Source: Octopus vulgaris
Lineage: Eukaryota
Assembly (NCBI GenBank): GCA_951406725.2
Contig: OX597816.1
Coordinates: forward strand, 134,664,001-134,728,000
Reading direction: 5' to 3'
Length of the DNA stretch: 64,000 bases
Below are positions 39,829-53,698 of this stretch, piece by piece (the first letter of the stretch is position 1; each line of letters begins with the position of its first letter). The notes beneath the pieces were generated by a model. The model was not told the DNA's origin. It saw only the letters and a program-made list of their open reading frames with translations, and did no database searches. A program made the position numbers and the translations under genes.

Positions 39829-42538
39829 TGTAGTGATCCTATATAACGGTGCGCGCTCGCGCACCGTCCATTTCTGTTTCGCGCGTGCGAGGTTGGTGCT
39901 TTCACCACCGGAAGTAGGACCATTTGCCTACGTGGCAGTTTAGCCGCGTGGCAAGGGGATCATAGGACGTTGACCACTAGCGTCCAGTAAGCAGTGACTT
40001 GAGACACGGCTATCGAAGGTACAACACGTATATTTCTCTCTGTCCGGATTTGATAGCAGCAGTCAGCCTTTTCATAGAAGAGGACGCGTATTATCTTCGT
40101 TTCTCCCTGAAATTTGTTGCCGACCACATCATCTTCCTTTCTCCGGACGCCATCTTTGACCAGTGTCGTTAGCATTTGAACACTGTAAATTCTACAGCGA
40201 TAAAGTTCAGGTGAGACACATCCATACCAAAGGGATACCAAGTCCACCACTTATTTGTTACTGTCATAAGAGAATAAAGTAGATATATATTTTTTACGTC
40301 TGCGTTTTGTTGTTTCTGACTGGTAGAATCTGGATATTAAAGCAACGGAAAGTGATTGCACCAACTTGCACCCCAAAAGTGCAAGAGAAGACGTTCACTT
40401 TCGTTACACTGGTGACCTCCGACGTGATTCTGGTCTTAAACCAGAGATCACTTAACAACAAAAAAATCCAGTTTTTCTGCCAAGTCCGAACACGATCAAC
40501 TCTACGCATTCATCTTTCGACGATTTGTTTCCGGTCCCCTCAAACAGTTATAGAAGGAGCCTTTCTTATTCTTCAACAATAATGACGGACGCCATCATAT
40601 CATCGATGCCTTTTCTCTACCGTCATCGCCATCGTCGTCTTTCGACTTCATGTCGTCGCTATCTTCGTCGCCATCACCACTAAGAACAATGTGTCTCAAG
40701 TCCACCACAGTCGCCTTCATCACCGTCGCCTTCAACACCGTCGACCTCAACAAGATGTAAATAGCAACTCGCGGAAGTTTAGCCCACTCGCTGTTCGTGT
40801 ATACACACCGGAATTAACAGCACAGTCTATCTGCGAGATTCTTCTGTACCCAGTTAACTTGTCACAGCATTGAAGCCACAACCGCTACACGACATGTGTT
40901 CAACCGGCATCTGCATTTGTGATCTCAACATTCTGTTACAGAACGAACTGCTATTATGCATCAGGCTATTACGGACTGGTAAATTAACTCCATCTTGTCT
41001 GAAATAGCTCTGAGAGACTTTTTTCCTATGCGCTGTATTTTTATCTTGCTCGCATTCACCTTGTTTGTATTTCTGTCGCACACACGTACACACACATAAA
41101 TGCTATCTCTCTCACATACATACGTCACACATGCCTTTTCTCGCTTGTTTTTTCCATGCTAATTTGCCTTTGTGGACACACCTCATTTCTGTAAGACCCT
41201 AGGGGTCACGTATACATAGAGAGGGTTGTTTGTCCATTATAACGAGCCAGCATGTCACACTTTTGTTCCTGCACGAACGAGGCATATTCATTGCTGTTTT
41301 TCGGTCTGGCAAGCCCTATTGCATTCATGCACCTTTGCTCTGCACGTGTACTGCCTTGTTTTTGCAACACGTTTGCGTTAGCTTAATTCTTTTCCCGACT
41401 CCTAGAACGTCGGATGTTCACATGCGCTGCGCCCATGTATAGGCGTAATTTTTCCCTGTTAGACCCCTGTTGGTCACGTAATTAACAGAGAAAATTATCT
41501 GTCTCGCGCATCACACCAGCATGCTTGCACTGTCACCTTGCTAACCTTTCACTTTTAGCCGAAGCACTGTCTGCCTTTTGTGTTACTGGCGATCTATCTG
41601 TCGATTCCATTTTCTCTCCTGCAGCAATTGATTTAACTGCTATTTCGCAGGATCAACTACCTTTAGAGGAGTTGGATTTAACTTCGCCTAGGTTCATTAA
41701 CTGTGAGTTTGCTTTCCTTCCGCTCCCTTCAGCGGAAGGCTCTATACTTTGTGACGTATCCACCTTCACGCATGCACTTTTGATTTTGCTCATTTTGAGT
41801 ATTTTTTCTCTTTTTTCCTTTTGGTAAATTTCTTATGTATGTTATAAATTCTGCCATTTTTGTATATTTTTTGCTATTTGGTTATCTGTTATCCACCTTG
41901 AGTTTTATAGTCACTACAAGGAATTTTGTGTCGTGCTTATGCACTGGAGGGGAGCTTTGTAGTGATCCTATATAACGGTGCGCGCTCGCGCACCGTCCAT
42001 TTCTGTTTCGCGCGTGCGAGGTTGGTGCTTTCACCACCGGAAGTAGGACCATTTGCCTACGTGGCAGTTTAGCCGCGAGGCAAGGGGATCGTAGGACGTT
42101 GACCACTAGCGTCCAGTAAGCAGTGACTTGAGACACGGCTATCGAAGGTACAACACGTATATTTCTCTCTGTCCGGATTTGATAGCAGCAGTCAGCCTTT
42201 TCATAGAAGAGGACGCGTATTATCTTCGTTTCTCCCTGACATTTGTTGCCGACCACATCATCTTCCTTTCTCCGGACGCCATCTTTGACCAGTGTCGTTA
42301 GCATTTGAACACTGTAAATTCTACAGCGATAAAGTTCAGGTGAGACACATCCATACCAAAGTGATACCAAGTCCACCACTTATTTGTTACTGTCATAAGA
42401 GAATAAAGTAGATATATATTTTTTACGTCTGCGTCTTGTTGTTTCTGACTGGTAGAATCTGGATATTAAAGCAACGGAAAGTGATTGCACCAACTTGCAC
42501 CCCAAAAGTGCAAGAGAAGATATTTCACTTTCGTTTCA
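39829..42538 (+). mobile_element. Non-autonomous LTR retrotransposon (Gypsy-like; TRIM/LARD type)
   Basis: LTRs 39829-40408 and 41958-42538 (TG..CA, nearly identical); TSD AGTT; PBS TGGTGACCtCCGACGTGAT (tRNA-Trp) at 40410-28; PPT GGAGGGGAG at 41946-54; no recognisable gag or pol. Confidence 0.92.
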
Positions 42539-43675
42539 AGTTTCTGTATACTGCCTTGCTAGATTTTGAGTTTTCTTAATTTTTTTGACATAAAAGCTGG
42601 GTGACTCTATCAATGTAAGTTCATGAACTTATGGCAGTTGTTTTAACTCAATTTCCGATCACATGTAAATCACGAGTTTATCATGCGTGCAGACCTCATT
42701 TCAGCCAATTAGAATTTTTGTCCTCGTGATAAGTTCTAGAACTTTCAACGAAAGTCTTAAATACAAAGGATTTTAGCGAGAAAAGGCAGGGAGAATTTGA
42801 ATTTCGTTGAATCGATCTCGATCGAATTTTCTCTTTCATAGCTGTTTTTACAGCTTCATACTCAAACCAGCGCGATTCTCCTAATAGCTGTTTTCACATC
42901 TCTATACCCAACCCGAAGATGGATGAAGAATCAGTGCGGCAATGCGAAAAATCAGCTTAATTATCACTTATCTGTTGAAGAAGTCCGGTGCCTCAAAACA
43001 CGATGTTCATATAAGATTAACTCTGTCTAAGACATGTTTCTATGTTGCATTCATCACGTGGCTTGAAAACAGTGTTTCTGTATGTTTCCTCTTAATTAGT
43101 ATATAGTGATTAGTAGAAAATGCTTCTTAAATTAGAAATCCACACCTAATCTGGTTCTTAAGTGACATGAATAGATTCAGTTGGGTTTAGTGAACATTTC
43201 TGCGAAGTAATTGACGCTGGAGCAGAAAGTCTAATTAATTACTAATTACGTGACTAATTAAAACTTCTTAATTTGTTTTTCCATACCCGTTTTTTTCTTA
43301 AGTTTTTCATTTAAGTATCACTTGTCTCTAAGGAGTAATAGTCAATGTAATTCATTACTGGAGCTTAAAGTCTAATTAAATTAATTATTTACGCAAGTTG
43401 ATTATCTCATAATTAATTAATTAATCCATGCCTAAGCATACTTAAGAATCACGTTTCATGGTATTAGGACCATTTGTAGACATATTGTGCCCTGTTAGTA
43501 TTTTGGAGCTTCAAGTCTAATTAAATCAGGACTGACTCCTGCATTATAACGTGCTTTGTAACCCGGTGGAATCCATGTCTTCTTCGATTGAAACGTGACA
43601 AGACTATCTTAAGTGAGAATAGACAACAGATGATTTCATTCTGGGTTTGTTCTATGCAAAGAAAATGAGTGAATG

Positions 43676-43682
43676 AGAGAGT

Positions 43683-43748
<66 letters not shown>
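43676..43748. repeat. (GA)n microsatellite
   Basis: Read directly from sequence. Confidence 0.95.
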
Positions 43749-43752
<4 letters not shown>

Positions 43753-46585
43753 TTTAATTGCTTCTTACCGAGAAGTGCTGCAAATTCAGTTGATCGAGAG
43801 CTCACTTCCTGCTACACGATTATGAGAGAAAATGAGAAGGAATATCTCTTGCCTTTCTCATGAGCTTTGAAGTCGAAAAGGAAATGGGTACAACCGGGTA
43901 TCGAAACAGGGTACTTGATGCAGTGACACCCAAATGTAGCCTTTAACTCTATATTCTGAATTGATTTAAATTTCTCACCAAGACTGAGCATTTAATTTCT
44001 TTTCAACTCTTCTTTTCCAGTAATATTAAAAAAAAATTTTCTTACCCTCTCTATCTCTGCCATTTCCTGGCATTCTTCGTCCTCTCCTTATCCTGACACA
44101 TCAAATTATATTTACATATTTGCTAGTATTTCTTTGTTTTCTTCTAGTTCTATTGATTTTCATAATTTAATTGTTGTTCATCATATTTTTCATTTGCTAT
44201 CCCTCAATTTCCACGATTTACGTAAGTCTCTCATTCTTTTACTTCAATTTCGAATTCTTTTCATAAATAATAAGGTGTTTTTTTTCACACAGACGTAAAG
44301 TTTTATAATTGAGATTTAGGTATCGACTACAGTTTATGCTGAATTTTTAAAAAAAGAACAAAAACAAAAACCCCTTATTTCTATGTCCCACTCAGATTAA
44401 ATCTTAAGAATACAGCAGATATGTTTTATAGCTGGGAACTTTAACTTTCCTTGCGTAAAGTACCTAAATAATTATATAATAATTCATAATATGGTTTTAA
44501 AAAATGTTGGTTAAAAGCATTGAACCTTAACTGTTCTCTTTCCCACTGGTTTTTAATGAATGCTCAATATATTTATTTTCTGCCAGGCCTGTTGTTTTTA
44601 TAATTTGTGGAAACTTTGATGGAAATGTTCCACCAATATTTCTAGTTTACGTTTATTTCGGACAGTTCTTCCCTTGTATATTGTATATTTATTAACATCA
44701 TCATGAATTATTCGGATTCCTGGCGGAACATATAATCTCTTCTCAGCAATTTTCCAATGCGCTGTCCTTTATTTTCCTTTCCACTTGACTTGTGTCACCC
44801 CTGTTATCTTCAGTTCTTCTATCGTTCTCCACCAGATTATTCTCGAGTGCCTTACCTTCCTTTTGCCTCTTGAGTTCCAATCCAAAGTTTCCCTTGTCAA
44901 AAATCTCTCTGGTCTTGTTAACATATAGTTCACTCATCTCTACATACATAAGCCTCGCTCTTTGTTGGTCGATGGGTTTTCGCTTGTTTTTGATCCAGAT
45001 GTCTTTGTTGTTCAACGTTTCTGGATACCTTATGTTAAAATTGTTTCTGAGGCACCTTTTCGTGAATGTTTGGAGCTTTCTGAGAATGTGTCTTTAGATT
45101 AATATAGCTTATAGAAGAAAACTTCAAAATGTCGCATCATATAATGATCTCGAATCGATGTTTGCATCGCTTTCAAGTCCACAGAAAACTTACATATGTA
45201 TAACTTTTTGCTGATAATTACAGCGTTTCTTTTTGAGGTATTTGCAAAGGGAGATCCATTTTTGAGTTTTGGAGTCATATGCTACTCTCGTCTTACTTAA
45301 GCACATGAATAATGCAGTTTTTTAAAGCTACAGTTCAGCATATTTTGTCAAAGTGATTATATACCACACTCAGTGGCTGCCTAGATTATTCTTCAACTCC
45401 TACCTTCGATTTTCATTCTACTGTTGAACCTGTTGACATCACCATTTCCGTGGAAGCTTTCATTACATATATAACTTTCACTTCATGTGTGTTTACTTTT
45501 TTTATTTCGATTCTCTGAATTATCTTTCTAAAAAATGTTAGAAACAAAGCTTCATGGTTAACATTTAGGCAACAATAACCGCGTAGAGCTACGAGCAACA
45601 CTTGAATCTTGGCATAATTTGTGCGAATGATCACTAGAACATGTTACTGGTACAAATTGTCTGCCTTAAATATCATGTATTCGTTCGCTTGTTAGATAAT
45701 CTAGCTAAGCATCTATATAGCGAACTACCTGCCAATCTAGAGGGATGGACAGAAATTTTACTACCGAGGTGAGTAGAAAGAGGCGTATGGAAATAGTTTA
45801 ATGCTTGCTTGATTGGCAGACACTGTAGTGCTGTCCTAAGTTTCCGAGGAGCCAGGTTTGCAAGCCAGTTTCGATTTCTAGTTAGCATTATTTCACTTAT
45901 AACATTAATGATCACAAAAAGCTAAGCTGTTAAAAAAATCATATATTCTTTCTGTCATAAATTCAGCATTTCACACTTATTTCAAAGAATTTTAATTATC
46001 TGCATATGCGACAAACAGATTAGCTATGTTTCTAGTTGGAGGAATAGGTAGATAGCTATAAAATCTTGATGTTGTTCCGTGCAATAGCTCACAGCCAAAT
46101 CTCGACGGTGTTTGAAAACGAAGACAGATTTCGAAAGTTTTACTCTTGTCAGTAACAACAACATTAATGTCGATGTCTTTGCAACGCGATTAATTTCCAC
46201 TACACTCACTTCCTATGGCTATCATTTGTTTATATATCGATTTCTTGTTTGAAACTAGTTATTTTTAAAAAAAATTCCAAGAAACACATCTCTTTCAAAT
46301 TTGTAATGTTTTGAGTCTAAAATATACATGTTTTCTGCCATTGCTATTTAGTTTTATAATAATAATAATCATAATAAAAGCTTAAGCTTGTGCTATTTCT
46401 CATTCGGCATCCTTGCTTATTTCATTTTATTAATGCTTTATCACATGAAAGCAGCATTTTATTATTAAAGTATTTACTATTTTGCTCCCGAGATATCAAA
46501 TTGCAGTTGTTTTCTCAATAAACGCTGACGATGTTATCTAATGCTTCATGTTGTATTATTCGCGGCACTCATTATGATTTTATAT

Positions 46586-46625
<40 letters not shown>

Positions 46626-46628
<3 letters not shown>

Positions 46629-47260
46629 GGGTTGGACAAAATAATGGAAACACCTTAAAACTTCGAACAAATTAATTTTAATATGGGGTAAGACTGCTTT
46701 TGGCAGTAATTACAGCTTGAATTCTACGAGTTATGGACTGGTACATAGTTTGAATTGCTTCCAAAGGAATTTTTGTCCATTCTTCAGCTAAAACCGTCTC
46801 TAGTTCTTGTAATGATGATGGTGGAGGATATCGACTCCTTACTTGTTTTTCTAAAATGCACCATAAATGTTCAATAATATTGAGATATGGGCACTGTGGT
46901 GGCCAGATAAGATGTTCAACTTCTCTAGAATGTTCCTCGTGCCATTTAGTAACAACTTTAGCTGTGTGAATTGGTGCATTATCATGCTGGAAGATTGCGT
47001 TTCCCGCCAGAAACAGTTCTGCAACCATAGGGTGAATTTGATCAGATCAAATGCTTAAATATTCTTGACTATTAATTCTGCCAAGAAGGGAAACCATTGA
47101 ACTGACGGATTTCCAAGATATAGCACTATCCAGATCATCACAGATCCCCCTCCATGTTTAACAGTTGGAAGAAGGCAGTTTGGGTCAAATGCTTCTTTTG
47201 GATATTGGAAATACGATAAAGGATGACTCGTCCAAGAAAATAACATTCTTCTACTGCTCT
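46626..47260 (-). mobile_element. Tc1/mariner transposase fragment (DD34E region) with one TIR
   Basis: TVKHGGGSVMIW, IFQHDNAPIH and WPPQCPYLNIIEHLW peptides; TA|CATGGGTTGGACAAAATAATGGAAACACC end. Confidence 0.88.
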
Positions 47261-47315
47261 AGGGACCAATTCTGTGGTACAAGACCAGCAATTTCAGGGG
47301 AAGGGATAAGTAGAT

Positions 47316-47427
<112 letters not shown>

Positions 47428-48740
47428 TATTTTCTTACTCTCCAACGTTACTTGTGCTGATTACGATCAAACAAATGCGAGTTGATCTTCCTTTTGATGC
47501 TTTGGTAGTTTAATGCAAGTTGATCTTCCTTTTGATGTTTTAGTAGTTTAAATATTCTAGTAATAGACAGGTACTTTACTGCCATATTGCTAGTTTAAGA
47601 TACAAAGTATGGTATGTCATGCAAACCTGATTTAGTATCATTGCTGACTGTTTTTATGTTTTGTATAAATGTCAAGAAAGTCTAGTGGAACTTGAAATTC
47701 ACCAAGCTACGCACATATAAGGAAGTATTTTGAATTTGAATCTAAAAAAATCAACGACTCGTAATTACAGTACAGTAGTGAACTGTACGTCAAAATAGTA
47801 TTTATTTACAGGCAAGTGTATTGCTAGTAAGTATCATGTGACAAGTTGATATACTTTTTGATAAAAACTATGAATTGAATGGAATTTTTGGAGAAAATGT
47901 GTCTTTCTGTTGTAAATCTTGAAACTACACATAATACGAAGACAATTTCATACTGAAATATTCAACCTTTGTTGCCTCGTAGCTTTCTTTGCATCACTTA
48001 ACCTTCAAGACGGAGCAAATCAACTGTTTAGTATTAGCCTCTTCCGAATAATATTAATCGACTTTCTGTTAATAAGGTTAGGGATATTCAAGTCAGTCGG
48101 CAAGTTGTCTTTAGGTCATAGGAAGTAAATTTACTCTCTTTGTAGTTGCGATTTTATTTCATTTGTCTATCGCTTGTGCATGAATGAAATAGTTTGGAAA
48201 TGCAATAAAACACTCGACTTCGATTTTACGTCGCTCGACAAAAATAGGTTGTCGACTTGAATATACATACATTTCTATCTACCCCCATTCCCAGTTTCAT
48301 AGATATAAGTTATATGAAGATATAACCTCTAAATCTGGAGCTGGTTATTAAATTTTTCTGAATTCTAACAACTGTAGAGGGCTGAAGTGACTTTTTTTAT
48401 AATATTTAACTTTAGCCAGCTTTATGGTGGGTTTTAATCTTGCTGAGACAATTTTACATTCCACGCTCGACCAATTAAATAAATAACAGAAAACAATATA
48501 ATCGGAATGAGTCAATCAGTCATATTTTTCTATAAAGAAAATATACAAAAATAAAACGGTTTAGAACAGAAACGAAACAAATTGATATATGTCATATTCA
48601 TATATCATTAACCAGAACACGAAAAAGAAAGGAGTGAGAATCATGAAGTAAAATGTTAATGCCTTACAATATTTAGTTTTGTTCATCAATGCTCTGTGTT
48701 AGATTGTCATCTCAATCAAACCTTTGGAGGTCAATAAAGA

Positions 48741-49412
48741 AAATAATAAATCTCTGAACGAGGTATAAACAGTAGCTGCACGACAATGTGAAGTATATTT
48801 GTCACTTAAATGTTGCTAACCACTAAGGGTGGATGCTACTGTAGCTTGTAGCCTCGGGAGAACATCTTCTCCAGCTGGCTATTGTCACACTTTCTGTGCC
48901 CTATCAGTATTTGCAAAGGGAAGCCATCCTTCCCATCGTCGACCTGATACACACGGACCCGGGTTTCTGGATATTTACCCGTCGTCAGCGCACAACAATC
49001 ACCGGTCTTCGATACGAAGGGGTCCCAATGCAAATATATATATCCTTTTTCCAATGACGTAAAGTCACTGATCTCGAAAAAGTGTAAACAAGCAATAATA
49101 AATCTCTGAACGAGGTATAAACAGTAGCTGCACGACAATGTGAAGTATATTTGCCACTTTTCGAGATCAGTGACTTTACATCATTGGAAAAAAGATATAT
49201 ATATTTGCATTGGGACCCCTTCGCATCGAAGACCGGTGATTGTTGTGCGCTGACGACGGGTAAATATTCAGAAACCCGGGTCCGTGCGTATACTCATAGG
49301 GCACAGAAAGTGTGTCAATAGCCAGCTGGAGAAGATGTTCTCCTGGGCTACAAGCTACAATAGCATCCACCCTTAGTGGTTAGCCACATTTAAGTGGCAA
49401 ATATACTTCACA
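48741..49412. repeat. Inverted repeat (arms ~260-300 bp) whose spacer is a direct duplication
   Basis: 48787-49083 matches the reverse complement of 49154-49412; spacer 49093-49159 copies 48741-48807. Confidence 0.9.
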
Positions 49413-50335
49413 ATAAAGGAAATGTTATTCACAAACTAAAGTCAACTGAATCGAAAATTTTGATCTTGTGTTGCTTTTTAAGAGTAATAACTTTTAAGTA
49501 GTCTTAAAAAGGAATTACTTTTTAGCAACTTTAAATTTTATCGATCAATACAAAGGCTTTAAATTTTGTTTCATTACTGAATTATTGTTTTCTTGTCACG
49601 ATCATGTTTTACCTTCCATGTTGAAATAATCTTCTAACGAGCTAAATCAGTGATACAGTTTCCCATTCTCTAAATAGCGGTCTTTTGGACCGATTTCGTG
49701 TAAGACAATTTTTCCACGGACCGGGGGATCACGTGCGTAATAGAACGCAATAAAGTGTGTAGTATATAGTTTAATTATTACATATATATTGCATATGTGT
49801 GAATTCACACGACAAAAACCTTTTCGAACGAGCAACACAGATTCTACGGCTCCATACTTTGAAATGACTAAACATTAACTGCTATTGGAACTTACATACC
49901 ATGCACAGGAAACTTTTTTACCACTTCTATACAACATTTTCCTCGAATAAAGGAACTGCAACTACAATATCTTTATATATCTTATTCCTACTTTCATTCT
50001 CTTATTTCCCTCTATATTTCCTATCTCCTCCTTTTTCATAATAATTCGAACTCAAATATTTCCTCAATTTAACCTTCTCACACTGTCTCTGATGAATGGA
50101 TATCCATATTATCCCAGAAGCAGCTGTAAAACTATTTCATTATAACTGTCCTGAAAACTCCTCACAGCCTCTCATTCTCTCTAATATATATATATGCATG
50201 CTAATACAAGACCTACATTAGGTTCCTCACTCGTATCACTCTCGAACCAAGAGTTTAACTACGGTCTGACCATAGCACTTAGCGTTACCTGACACTCTTT
50301 GGGTCTTCTAGATACCAATACCTCTCATAACTTCG

Positions 50336-50378
<43 letters not shown>

Positions 50379-51339
50379 TATACTTTTTAAGAATTTTGAA
50401 GATGTGGTGTAGATGTCTCTCTCTCGCTCACTCTCTCTCTCTCTCTCTCTCTCTCCCTCTCTCTCTCTATATATATAATGTACACGCGCGTGCACACACA
50501 CGCACACACACACACACACAGACACACACACACACACTCACCTCACATTGCTTTTTACATATGAACTTTGTCCGTTAACTATATTTCATTCTTTTCATTC
50601 ATTGTAACATTACTTAGATAAATTTTGCACCCATTCACAGACCTTACCCAGACTCATACAGAACACTGGTTCTGCCATTGAATAATGCCGCCCTAGATTG
50701 AATATATCTGAATAGAAGATAGAATACGTGATAAGAGTTATTTGAGGCCTTGTCAACAGCAGCAAAACCAACTGCAGCAGCAGCAGCAACTATCGTTGCC
50801 ATCGTCACCACCACGAATCCTCATAGATGTTTTTTTTTTCAATATTTCTTGCAAATCAATTCCGCCGAGGTCATCATTGCCTTTCATCCTTTCAGGGTCA
50901 ATGAAATAAGTACCTGTTGAGCACTGGTGGGTCGATGCAATCGACTTCCCCTTCCTCCGAACTTGCTGCCTTGTGCCAGAATTTGAAACCAGTATTTCTC
51001 ATAAAACTAAGGCGGCGAGTTGACAGACTCGTTAGCACGCCGGATAAAATGCTTAGCAGTATTTCGTCCGTCTTTACGTTCTGAGTTCCACTGCCGCCGG
51101 GGTCAACTTTGCCTTTCATCATTTCAGAGTCGATAAAATAAGTACCAGTTGAGTACTGTAATCAACTAATCCCATCCCTCAAACTTACTGGCCTTGTACC
51201 AAAATTTGAGACCAATATTTCCTATAAAGTATTGTCTACGAAACCCGTAGGGCAGAACCTGATCCTCTCCATTCGTTTCGGGTTACCTATATTCACCTCT
51301 TATGTTTCCCTATCAGATAATCAGCATTCACCACACATA

Positions 51340-51862
51340 CCGTAAATCCTTGGGTATAATCCGCATTTTCCCACCAAAATTTAAAGGTCAAAATCCCTAG
51401 TGCGTACTATATACGAGGTTAAAAATGAAAAATATTTTCTAAGCAATGTCCGAGTCTCTATTTACTGTCCGGCAATGTTTATTCAGACGCATTTTGTGAC
51501 GTTGGACGCGAAAATACCTTAAGCTAAGCCTGAAAGCAATGGAGTCATAAAAGAATCATCATTAACTTGCAGTAAGCAAGATTTATTAAAATAAAAGTAT
51601 TCAGAACATCAGAATAACATGTAACAAAAACAATTTGCAAACATATTTACATTCTCATATAACAGTTAAGAACATCACCATTATTGTATTACACATGCAC
51701 GGAAGTGTTTGTTCGACTAAATGCTGCTGGCTTAATTACGCACGACTCAAGTTAGAAAAGGGGTGCGTATTATACACAAGGTTTAGATTTTTCAGAGGTA
51801 CAGCCCCCTAAAAATCTCCTGCGTATTATACTCAAGGGCGGACTATACTCAAGGATTTACAG
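51340..51862. mobile_element. pogo/Tigger-like MITE
   Basis: TIRs ta|CCGTAAATCCTTGGGTATAATCCGC / GCGACTATACTCAAGGATTTACAG. Confidence 0.75.
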
Positions 51863-52209
51863 TGTTTCTCATGTTAATCTACCACCTAGAAACAATAAAA
51901 GGTACATAGGATAATCCTTTCTACTATAGGGACAAGAACTGAAATTTTGCGTGGGGTGGGGCGCTCGTCGATTACATAGACTCCGGTGCTGAAGTTATAC
52001 ATATTTTATCGACCACGAAAGGATGAAAGGCAAAGTCAGCCTCGACAGAAATGGAACTCAGAACGTAAAGTCGGACGAAATGCCGGTGTGCCAACGATTC
52101 TGCCAGCTCGCTGCCTTAAGGATACACGAGTATTTAGGAAATACTGAATATATAGAAATGATGGTCATGACTGGAATGTCTTTGACATAACTGTTCACTC
52201 AGGGCTGAC

Positions 52210-52590
52210 TAACCAGCCAACCAACCAACCAACAAGCCAACCGACAAGCCAACCGACCGACCGACCGACCGACCGACCGACCGACCGACCGACCGACCGA
52301 CCGACCGACCGACCGACCGACCGACCGACCGACCGACCGACCGACCGACCGACCGACCGACCGACGAACGAACGAACGAACGAACGAACCAACAAACCAA
52401 CCAACCAACCAACCAACCAACCAACCAACCAACCAACCAACCAACCAACCAACCAACCAACCAGCCAACCAACCAGCCAGCCAACCAGCCAACCAACCAA
52501 CCAACCAAACAACCAACCAACCGACCAACCAACCAACCAACCAGCCAGCCAGCCAGCCAACAAACCAACCAACCAGCCAACCAGCCAACT
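52210..52590. repeat. Compound tetranucleotide array (ACCG)n(ACGA)n(ACCA)n
   Basis: Read directly from sequence. Confidence 0.95.
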
Positions 52591-53347
52591 TCCAACAAGT
52601 CTGGCAATTTCAATGAAACTTTGGGACATTAACACCCATTTTGCAAGCTACCGGTGTTGATACGATAGTATTTTCCAGAATATCACTCACATATTTCAAA
52701 CACTGCACGTTCATATCACTTATATATAAACATTAAGACTTATAGTAAAACTGTCTGATTGAGTTAGCTTTTGCCACTCGAGGAAAGCAAGAGAAACTTG
52801 ACTATAATTGAATCGAAATAACAGACACGGACTAACTGTGGCTATAATCGAAGTGGAAGAGTTCGACATTTTTAACCTATTGCAAACGGCATTCATACAC
52901 ACATGTAAATATGCTCGGTTAATGTTGTTATATAAAGTTCATGTTTACATATCTGCCAGTAGTTTGTGTTAATCTAGACTTTATAACTTAATTTATACAT
53001 TCGTTTTGTATATTTTTCTTCATTTAATGTTGCCATGGTAAATTATAGATGTACGACCTTCAAGATACTGACGTATTTTAGAAAAATTAACATGTTCTCA
53101 TTGGCCATGTTTTTTTTTTTTCAGTAACTGTTTTTCAACACTTGAATAATCACTATTGATTTCTTTCTTAAAGGCATAAGCGATTAAATATAAAACGAAT
53201 TCATTCAGGAATTGAAACCGTTAAGTAAATAGAAGAGTTCATAAATATCGGGAACCCCCCCCCCCCGAAAAAACAAAAAGCAAAACAAAAGCATCATTAC
53301 TATTCTCATGCTCAGTTCTAAATCCACAGTGTATATATGTAGACTCA

Positions 53348-53698
<351 letters not shown>

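Noticed and set aside
41882-42379. 165-aa minus-strand ORF, duplicated as 96 aa at 39960-40250
   Set aside because: Lies antisense within the LTRs, starts at GTG, has no recognisable motif and is cut by a stop in the other LTR.
44600-45100. Lys/Arg-rich minus-strand ORF, possibly a Penelope-like ORF remnant
   Set aside because: No diagnostic motif visible; cannot be assigned without a database search.
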